Positions 57,860-64,000 of a stretch of DNA of 64,000 nt are shown piece by piece. The translations under genes were made by a program, and so were the position numbers. Each line of letters opens with the position of its first letter. Positions within the stretch are counted from its first letter, which is position 1. Source of the DNA: a virus; IMG/VR virus record IMGVR_UViG_3300020456_000005. The stretch is one strand, 5' to 3'. The notes beneath the pieces were generated by a model. The model saw nothing but the letters and a program-made list of their open reading frames with translations. It had not been told where the DNA came from and made no database searches.

Positions 57860-58269
57860 GTAGTCTAGAAGAAAATATGGAAGACATCCTCAACATAGAT
57901 GCTGAGGTAGTAGAAAGTAAACCAAGTAAACCAGTTCCACCTAAAGTGGACAAGGACGACCGCACAAAAGACTATGAGTATACTCGTGGAGAATTGTACT
58001 CACTCATAGATCAGGGTCAGGAGGCGGTCAGAGGTGCCTTAGAGGTTGCTCAGGAAAGTGGGCACCCAAGAGCATACGAGGTTGCTGTAGCGGCAATGAA
58101 GCACGTTGCAGACATGACTGAGAAACTACAAGACCTTCATAAGAAGATGAAAGATTTAGATGCTGAAGCAAAGAAAGGTCCAAACAGCGTCACTAATAAT
58201 GCTATGTTCGTTGGCAGTACAGCAGAACTACAAAAAATGCTAAAGGAAATGGGCGGTGGTAAACGGTAA
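57856..58269 (+). CDS. gp16: Terminase small subunit gp16
   Basis: DYEY.R..LY.LI..GQEA....LEVA.ES.HPRAYEV ... NN..FVGST.ELQK.L. Confidence 0.93.
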   Translation: MSSLEENMEDILNIDAEVVESKPSKPVPPKVDKDDRTKDYEYTRGELYSLIDQGQEAVRGALEVAQESGHPRAYEVAVAAMKHVADMTEKLQDLHKKMKDLDAEAKKGPNSVTNNAMFVGSTAELQKMLKEMGGGKR

Positions 58270-58296
58270 ATAAATATCATTGTGAGCAACTAAATT

Positions 58297-59010
58297 ATGG
58301 AATTTCAATATCCAAATGAATTTGATTTTATGGAAGGCATAGATGCCTTTCCTGCATATGTCTATAAAACAAAATTTGATTTTAATTTTAAATCATTTCA
58401 ATCTAAAGTGGATGAATACTTAAAAGCATCAAAAGAACTTTCTACAGAAAGAGGTTGGAAAGATCCTGAGCATGGTGATGCTATTACTGGGGTTCATTTC
58501 AATAACACTGAAGAATTTAAAGTAGAAACAGATTGGGATGTTCCACATAATTGGAAAGAATTTAAAGAATTTTTTGACTTTGTTGAGTACGTAACTCCAT
58601 TCTTAATGAATACATGGTTCAAAGCTCCGCCATGCCATATGCATGTTTCGGAATCTTGGATTAATGTACATAGAAAAGGAGGGTGGACAGAACCACACCA
58701 TCATCAAAATGCATGTATTGCTATTGCAGCTTATCTAGAAGTTCCAGAAAAAAGTGGGAACCTTCTAATTGAAAATCCACTAAGACCATATAAATGTTCA
58801 GAACCTCTAGCTCAAAATAGTACTGATCTTATCTGGGGACCTATTGAAGTAGAGACAAATGATGTTTTATTTTTTCCTGGTTGGTTAACTCACAAAACTG
58901 AATCAAATCCTATTGACAATCCTCGCTATGTTCTTTCAACTAATCTAGCAGTATTGAATGGTTTGAAGAGCAAACCTACTTGGCATTACGAAGGTAGGAG
59001 AGATAAATAA
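58297..59010 (+). CDS. 2OG-Fe(II) oxygenase superfamily protein
   Basis: SW.N......G....H.H, ..YL..P..SG.L, ...FP.WL.H....N....R..LS.N motifs; TAAATA motifs at 58267-58276 upstream. Confidence 0.8.
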   Translation: MEFQYPNEFDFMEGIDAFPAYVYKTKFDFNFKSFQSKVDEYLKASKELSTERGWKDPEHGDAITGVHFNNTEEFKVETDWDVPHNWKEFKEFFDFVEYVTPFLMNTWFKAPPCHMHVSESWINVHRKGGWTEPHHHQNACIAIAAYLEVPEKSGNLLIENPLRPYKCSEPLAQNSTDLIWGPIEVETNDVLFFPGWLTHKTESNPIDNPRYVLSTNLAVLNGLKSKPTWHYEGRRDK

Positions 59011-59030
59011 TTAACGGTGCGGTTATGGAA

Positions 59031-59201
59031 ATGAGATTAAATACTTGCGACATTTATCGTCTTAAGCAAGCATGTAAATTGTATCAAGAGAAGACTGGAT
59101 CTGAATGGATGTGGGAACAATATGATGATCTGATTCAAAAACTTCATGTATATCATGAGGAATATTGCGCGGATCAGGAGTGTATGAGGAAAATCTGTTA
59201 A
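59031..59201 (+). CDS. Small hypothetical protein (56 aa, not in the ORF track; alternative start 59025)
   Basis: MRLNTCDIYRLKQACKLYQEKTGSEWMWEQYDDLIQKL...; preceded by GATAAATA at 59002-59009. Confidence 0.65.
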   Translation: MRLNTCDIYRLKQACKLYQEKTGSEWMWEQYDDLIQKLHVYHEEYCADQECMRKIC

Positions 59202-59425
59202 ATCAATTAAACGCAGAGTGTACTAAACTTTGGTGGAAGTGGCATGAATTGTATTCAAACCCAGAAACCAGAAGATCTTCTGATGAAAAAGAAGCACGAA
59301 AAAACTGGTGTAAATCAGTTGACATACTGAGCGAAGCACTTAGTCTTGAATTCCTAACAAATCCACGGTACGATAATATAAAAGAACAAGAAAGTAGGGT
59401 AAATAGAGATAGATATAATAGTTGA
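59180..59425 (+). CDS. Hypothetical protein (probable GTG start at 59180)
   Basis: Open frame between neighbouring genes; C.KLWWKW...ARK.WC pattern. The start position is uncertain. Confidence 0.55.
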   Translation: MYEENLLNQLNAECTKLWWKWHELYSNPETRRSSDEKEARKNWCKSVDILSEALSLEFLTNPRYDNIKEQESRVNRDRYNS

Positions 59426-59434
59426 ATAATTTTG

Positions 59435-59758
59435 ATGAAATTTATTATTACTTTTCTAGCTACACTATTGTTTGCTGTTCCTGCATGGGCAGTAGATGTA
59501 ACCATGGGTTCAAATGGTAATCTAGTTTTTGAACCTAGCGACATTTCAATTAAAGCGGGAGATACTATTCACTTTGTAAATGGTATGCTTCCACCACACA
59601 ATATTATTGTTGAAGGAAGAGAAGACCTTTCTAGGGAGTCACTTATGTTTTCACCTGGAGAATCACAAGATATTACTTTTGCAGATGCTGGCGACTACGA
59701 ATTCTATTGTGCCCCACATAAGGGTGCTGGAATGGTAGGCACCATTCATGTAGATTAA
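59435..59758 (+). CDS. petE: Plastocyanin
   Basis: Signal peptide ending AWA; MG....LVFEP, HN and C.PH.GAGM.G supply all four type-1 Cu ligands. Confidence 0.96.
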   Translation: MKFIITFLATLLFAVPAWAVDVTMGSNGNLVFEPSDISIKAGDTIHFVNGMLPPHNIIVEGREDLSRESLMFSPGESQDITFADAGDYEFYCAPHKGAGMVGTIHVD

Positions 59759-59762
59759 AGTC

Positions 59763-59987
59763 ATGGCTATAGGTCATCGTTTCAAGAAATTACCACCACC
59801 ACCAAATTATGTAACTCGCGAAGAGGTACAGGAGATGATAGATGATGCAATACGACAACATAATCGTAACGCTTCAATTATCAGTTTTTGTGTTGGTTGG
59901 GTTGTTCTTGCACTTTTTGCTGAGGGTCTTCTTAGACTTATTGGAGTGATACCTCCCTTACTTCCATGGCTGAAAATCACACTATAG
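59763..59987 (+). CDS. Small membrane protein (74 aa)
   Basis: EVQEMIDDAIRQHNRNASIIS followed by a hydrophobic helix. Confidence 0.7.
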   Translation: MAIGHRFKKLPPPPNYVTREEVQEMIDDAIRQHNRNASIISFCVGWVVLALFAEGLLRLIGVIPPLLPWLKITL

Positions 59988-60148
59988 AATGGATATGGGT
60001 TATAACCCTATTCATTATTGGTATAAGTTTATTATGCCAAGGATATTTTATTATGACTGGTAAACATGGATACATCCATCACGAGCGTGAAAAACAAAAA
60101 ATGTATAATGCTCGTAAACAAATTGAAAATTTATTAAAAAACAAATGA
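59966..60148 (+). CDS. Small single-TM protein (60 aa)
   Basis: Hydrophobic N-terminal helix; ATGA overlap with gnd. Confidence 0.6.
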   Translation: MAENHTIEWIWVITLFIIGISLLCQGYFIMTGKHGYIHHEREKQKMYNARKQIENLLKNK

Positions 60149-61194
60149 AAGTAGGATTAATTGGGTTAGGTCGCATGGGCGAGGGAATGTCTCGTCGTAT
60201 GATTAAGAAAGGGATTGAAGTACATGGGTATCGCAACAACTATACAAAAGCTCAAGAACAATATGAGAAGGGTTATATCAGTGGATGTACCACTTCTTTG
60301 GAAAACCTTGTTCAAGTAGTACACACTGCAACAGGTGTATTTACTGATACAGCGAAAGTACCAGGAATCTTCATGATGGTTGTTCCTGCAGAAACCGTAG
60401 AGGAAACACTCAATGAGTTATTACAATTTTGTGTGGAAGGCGATATTATTATTGATCATGGCAATTCCAATTTTAAAGACTCTAGACGCAGGGCAGAAAG
60501 GCTTGCTAAACTTGGCATCCAATATCTTGACTGTGGTACTAGTGGTGGTGTTTACGGTCTGGAGCGTGGATACTGTCTTATGGTTGGTGGTGCAAATCAT
60601 GCAGTACAAACCTGTGCTCCAATCTTTAGGGCACTCGCACCAGGCATTGGATCTGCCCCTCGCACAGACCCGCTTAGTCATGAGACATCTTCCGAGTATG
60701 GTTGGTTACATTGCGGACCACCTGGTGCTGGTCACTTTGTAAAGATGGTTCATAACGGAGTAGAGTATGGAATTATGCAAGCGTATGCAGAAGGTTTCAA
60801 CATACTTCATGAGGCTAATGCAGGAAGAGCTTATGTGGCTGAGGGTGATGCCGAAGTGGCTCCCATGGAACACCCCGAAGATTATTGTTACGACATTGAT
60901 ACTGTTGAGGTTGCTGAGTTATGGAGGCGTGGTTCTGTTGTTGGCAGTTGGTTACTTGATCTTACCGCTGATGTACTACGGCATGATCATGACGATCTCA
61001 ACAAATTTGACGGCGGTGTTAGCGATAGTGGTGAGGGTCGTTGGACTCTTCACAGTGCTGTGGATCTCGGTGTTCCCACTCCTGTTATCTCTGCCGCCTT
61101 ATTTGAGAGATTTAATTCTAGGAGACTTGGAAAATATGCCAACAAAATATTGAATGGAATGCGTTATATGTTTGGGGGGCATCATGTTAGGTGA
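60145..61194 (+). CDS. gnd: 6-phosphogluconate dehydrogenase (short type)
   Basis: GLIGLGRMG, IIDHGNS, DCGTSGG, GAGHFVKMVHNGVEYG and DSGEGRWT. Confidence 0.96.
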   Translation: MKVGLIGLGRMGEGMSRRMIKKGIEVHGYRNNYTKAQEQYEKGYISGCTTSLENLVQVVHTATGVFTDTAKVPGIFMMVVPAETVEETLNELLQFCVEGDIIIDHGNSNFKDSRRRAERLAKLGIQYLDCGTSGGVYGLERGYCLMVGGANHAVQTCAPIFRALAPGIGSAPRTDPLSHETSSEYGWLHCGPPGAGHFVKMVHNGVEYGIMQAYAEGFNILHEANAGRAYVAEGDAEVAPMEHPEDYCYDIDTVEVAELWRRGSVVGSWLLDLTADVLRHDHDDLNKFDGGVSDSGEGRWTLHSAVDLGVPTPVISAALFERFNSRRLGKYANKILNGMRYMFGGHHVR

Positions 61195-61312
61195 ATTTCT
61201 ATTATGGATTGCAGCGCCCTTTGTATGTGCCACCCTCGCATTTGGACGACTTAAAGGTGAAAATAACTACTACGAGACAGACAAATATGATGGAAACGGA
61301 ACCGCTCACTAG
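61184..61312 (+). CDS. ndhP: NdhP-like small subunit of photosynthetic complex I (42 aa, not in the ORF track)
   Basis: MLGEFLLWIAAPFVCATLAFGRLKGENNYYETDKYDGNGTAH: one TM helix, FG, then N.YY.TD.Y.GNG.AH, matching the NdhP C-terminal signature (FG..NGFYD.D.YHGNGSAH, recalled). Confidence 0.8.
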   Translation: MLGEFLLWIAAPFVCATLAFGRLKGENNYYETDKYDGNGTAH

Positions 61313-62630
61313 ACGCATAGTTATATTTGGTGCTACTGGAGACCTATGTAAAAAGAAATTAATCCCCGCTCTCTACAAACTTTGGCAGAAAGATCTTTTA
61401 CCAAAGGATATTTTAATAGTTGGTGCTTCTCGTAGAGAACACACTAGAGAATCGTGGTTAAATCATCTTGGTGATTATCCAATAGAATTTACTCATTGGT
61501 TAGACTTTAGATCTTGTGATTTGGATAACCAAGATAGTTTGCATATTCTTCATGATGGAAGTGTAGATACAACTTACTTTTTATCAGTTCCACCAGAAAG
61601 ATATGAAAATGCAATTATCAATCTTAAAGAAGCTGGGTTCTTGGATGACCCAGATCACTCCCGCGTGGTTATTGAAAAACCCTTTGGGCGTGATTATAAA
61701 TCTGCTGATCATCTACAGTCTGTGGTGGAGCGACATCTACGCGAAAAACAAGTTTATCGCATTGACCATTATCTTGGCAAAGATACTGTTAATAGTATAC
61801 TTGCTACTAGGTTTGGTAATATTCTTCTTGAACCACTTTGGAACAGGCAATACATAGAAGAGATTCAAATTTATGCAACTGAGACTATCACATGCGATGG
61901 TCGTTCTCAATACTATGAGACTGCTGGTGCAGTTCGTGACATGCTACAGAACCACATTCTTCAGGTTCTTGCACTCATTGCAATGGAAGCACCCTGTCGT
62001 ATGAATGCTAGGGAAATCAGACGTGAGAAGACAAAAGTTCTTGCTGCGACTAGACTAGGTACAAATATTATTTTGGGGCAATATGATTCTTACCGTACTG
62101 AGCAGGGTGTTGATACTAAGTCTCACACTCCTACCTATTTTGCTGGTTCTCTGTTCGTTGATAACTGGCGTTGGGAAGGAGTACCTTTTAACGTCATGAC
62201 AGGTAAAGCGATGCCTTATGGTTGCGTTGAAGTTGTTATTAAATTAAGAGAACCACCGCTAAAATTATATGAGGGAGAAGTCAAAGATCGTATCGTTATG
62301 CGTTTACAGCCTAATCCTCATCTTGACATCCGTATTGATATCAAATCTCCTGGCTTATCTGATAATCTTGAACGCGCTACACTCACTCACCCGTATCCAG
62401 AAGACAGAGCAATTGACGGATATGAAAAACTTCTCCACGATTCAATCAATGGAAACCAATCCCACTTTGTCCACTCCGAGGAAGTAATGGAATCTTGGAG
62501 AATTGTAGAGGATCTTTTATGTGTAGGTGATCATTGTCCTGTAAGGACGACTCCATACTTATACAAAGAAGGGGTTTGGGGACCATCGCATAAAACGCAA
62601 TTCATAACAAAATGGGATTATCCAGCATAA
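61287..62630 (+). CDS. zwf: Glucose-6-phosphate dehydrogenase (start probably 61287/61290, not 61191)
   Basis: IVIFGATGDL, EKPFG, RIDHYLGK, RDMLQNH and RW.GVPF. Confidence 0.96.
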   Translation: MMETEPLTRRIVIFGATGDLCKKKLIPALYKLWQKDLLPKDILIVGASRREHTRESWLNHLGDYPIEFTHWLDFRSCDLDNQDSLHILHDGSVDTTYFLSVPPERYENAIINLKEAGFLDDPDHSRVVIEKPFGRDYKSADHLQSVVERHLREKQVYRIDHYLGKDTVNSILATRFGNILLEPLWNRQYIEEIQIYATETITCDGRSQYYETAGAVRDMLQNHILQVLALIAMEAPCRMNAREIRREKTKVLAATRLGTNIILGQYDSYRTEQGVDTKSHTPTYFAGSLFVDNWRWEGVPFNVMTGKAMPYGCVEVVIKLREPPLKLYEGEVKDRIVMRLQPNPHLDIRIDIKSPGLSDNLERATLTHPYPEDRAIDGYEKLLHDSINGNQSHFVHSEEVMESWRIVEDLLCVGDHCPVRTTPYLYKEGVWGPSHKTQFITKWDYPA

Positions 62631-62791
62631 AATTTTTTGTTAGAACAGTAATGGAAACTCCTTGGTGCTTAGGTATCATGGGGTTTCTTCTTGTGTTTGT
62701 ACCAATTATTGGTATCAGTTTGATACATAAATATGGTTGGGAACATTGGGAACCTTTTAGTAATGAATCTCATTCTAAGACCCCTAAATGA
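62612..62791 (+). CDS. Small single-TM protein (59 aa, not in the ORF track)
   Basis: ...LGIMGFLLVFVPIIGISLIHKYGWEHWEPF...; overlaps the zwf end. Confidence 0.6.
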   Translation: MGLSSIKFFVRTVMETPWCLGIMGFLLVFVPIIGISLIHKYGWEHWEPFSNESHSKTPK

Positions 62792-62909
62792 TGTCAACGA
62801 TGTAACATGGAGCATTGTTCTGTGTTTGTTGATACTGTTAGCAGGGGTTACGTTTTACATATATACCATCATGCAATACGCTTTCAAGGAATTAGAAGAT
62901 GATACCTGA
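62763..62909 (+). CDS. Small single-TM protein (48 aa, not in the ORF track)
   Basis: MNLILRPLNDVNDVTWSIVLCLLILLAGVTFYIYTIMQYAFKELEDDT. Confidence 0.65.
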   Translation: MNLILRPLNDVNDVTWSIVLCLLILLAGVTFYIYTIMQYAFKELEDDT

Positions 62910-63102
62910 AGATCAAGAATGGAGTTGTCATCTGGATTTAGGAATTCATGACATTCGCGCATTGTATCAGGTGATTGATTACGCTCTTCAAACATGGCCA
63001 GGATCTCCTGCAAGACCTCCTGAGGAACAGGAATATCTTCATTACATGAAAAAGCAATTGTTTGCCATGATTGCAGACTACACGTTTACAAACGTAAAAT
63101 AA
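62899..63102 (+). CDS. Hypothetical protein (67 aa)
   Basis: WPG.PARP.EEQE.L motif; fits the gene packing. Confidence 0.65.
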   Translation: MIPEDQEWSCHLDLGIHDIRALYQVIDYALQTWPGSPARPPEEQEYLHYMKKQLFAMIADYTFTNVK

Positions 63103-63169
63103 TTCTTATACTTTTGTTACACTTTTTTTACCTACATACGGTATAATATGGTTACCAAGAGTTTTATAC

Positions 63170-63463
63170 ATGGATAACGAATTCTCAGATTTTAAGTTAG
63201 AGAGGAAGGAGTGTGAGAAGTGTGGTGCCACATGGATTAATGGCAAACATGTTTTTCGTGGCACTGGAGCTTCATCTGAAAATAGTGAGCTTGATCTTGC
63301 TGGTCTTGTATGCAATAAGTATGGTAATGAACAATGTATAAATCCCAAGAAAGGGCAAGAGGGTGGTCAGACTTGGGAATACCGTGCTGGATACATTGAT
63401 GGTGTCTTTGCAGAAAAGAAAAAGCAAATGGAAGATATGCGTGATAAATTTGGAGACCTCTAA
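63170..63463 (+). CDS. Hypothetical protein with a possible Zn-binding motif (97 aa)
   Basis: CEKCGATWING.H ... DLAGLVCN...CINP. Confidence 0.7.
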   Translation: MDNEFSDFKLERKECEKCGATWINGKHVFRGTGASSENSELDLAGLVCNKYGNEQCINPKKGQEGGQTWEYRAGYIDGVFAEKKKQMEDMRDKFGDL

Positions 63464-63466
63464 ATA
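63460..63466 (+). promoter_or_regulatory. Late promoter-like motif for gp17
   Basis: CTAAATA containing the upstream stop, followed by a short ACTAG...CTAGT inverted repeat. Confidence 0.55.
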
Positions 63467-63488
63467 CTAGTAGTGAACTAGTTTTGTT

Positions 63489-64000
63489 GTGTCATCCAAC
63501 GATATTTACTTGGGGAACCCGAACCTAAAGAAAGCGGGAACCCCAATACAATTTACACAAAAGCAAATTAACGAGTGGATCAAGTGTAAGAATGATCCCA
63601 TTTATTTTGCAATGAATTATATTAAGATCATCTCGCTGGACGAAGGTTTGGTTCCCTTCAGCATGTATGATTTTCAAAAGGACATCCTTAGAGATTTTCA
63701 CAACAACAGATTTAACATTGCAAAACTCCCAAGACAGACAGGAAAGTCAACCACCGTTGTTGCTTATCTACTTTATTACGCTATCTTTTACGACAGTGTT
63801 AACATTGGCATTCTGGCTAACAAGGCTTCAACAGCTCGTGAACTCCTAGGAAGATTACAACTTGCCTATGAGAACTTGCCTAAGTGGATGCAACATGGTA
63901 TCCTAGTATGGAATAAAGGTAATGTTGAACTTGAAAACGGATCAAAGATTCTGGCTGCTTCTACGTCTGCAAGTGCTGTCCGAGGTATGTCCTTTAATAT
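63489..64000 (+). CDS. gp17: Terminase large subunit gp17, N-terminal part (3'-truncated; not in the ORF track)
   Basis: GTG start, YLGNPNLKK, KC..DP.YF..NY, Walker A PRQTGKST, ILANK..TARE.L and STS.SAVRG.S. Confidence 0.95.
   Translation, partial: MSSNDIYLGNPNLKKAGTPIQFTQKQINEWIKCKNDPIYFAMNYIKIISLDEGLVPFSMYDFQKDILRDFHNNRFNIAKLPRQTGKSTTVVAYLLYYAIFYDSVNIGILANKASTARELLGRLQLAYENLPKWMQHGILVWNKGNVELENGSKILAASTSASAVRGMSFN

Noticed and set aside
61191-61286. N-terminal extension of Zwf given by the ORF track
   Set aside because: The region is better explained by the overlapping ndhP-like ORF; G6PDH homology starts just after the ATGs at 61287/61290.
63117-63147. Sigma70-like promoter (TATAAT at 63142-63147)
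   Set aside because: No convincing -35 box at 16-18 nt spacing, and the context is AT-rich.
5073-63849. Short minus-strand and nested plus-strand ORFs in the track
   Set aside because: They overlap well-supported genes and have shadow-frame composition with no recognisable motifs.
1-64000. tRNAs, introns, inteins, homing endonucleases, and bilin genes (cpeT, pebS, pcyA, ho1)
   Set aside because: None recognisable. Intergenic gaps are very short and the visible part of gp17 is uninterrupted. Any bilin machinery would have to lie outside this window or come from the host.

Overview
This window is the late (virion-assembly) region of a T4-like marine cyanomyovirus that probably infects Synechococcus or Prochlorococcus. 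All real genes appear to be on the + strand. The order is: end of gp6, a 3117-aa gp7, gp8, a VrlC/DUF4815-type protein, about 35 kb of modular tail-fibre and virion accessory genes, and gp13-gp16. Next comes a host-derived metabolic island (2OG-Fe(II) oxygenase, petE, gnd, an unannotated 42-aa ndhP-like gene, zwf, several tiny membrane proteins), then the start of gp17. T4-type late promoters (NNTAAATA) precede most modules. The most notable observation is that gp7 (two nested copies) and the long tail fibre (one copy) contain helical modules that match phycobiliprotein subunits by eye. The gp7 copies keep the Cys-x-Arg-Asp bilin site (KCYRDI, KCARDL), and all three keep a beta-Asp39/beta-Cys155-like pair. 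This suggests a possibly bilin-chromophorylated, light-responsive virion; it is an inference that needs structural and biochemical testing. All assignments come from visual motif recognition; no searches were run.
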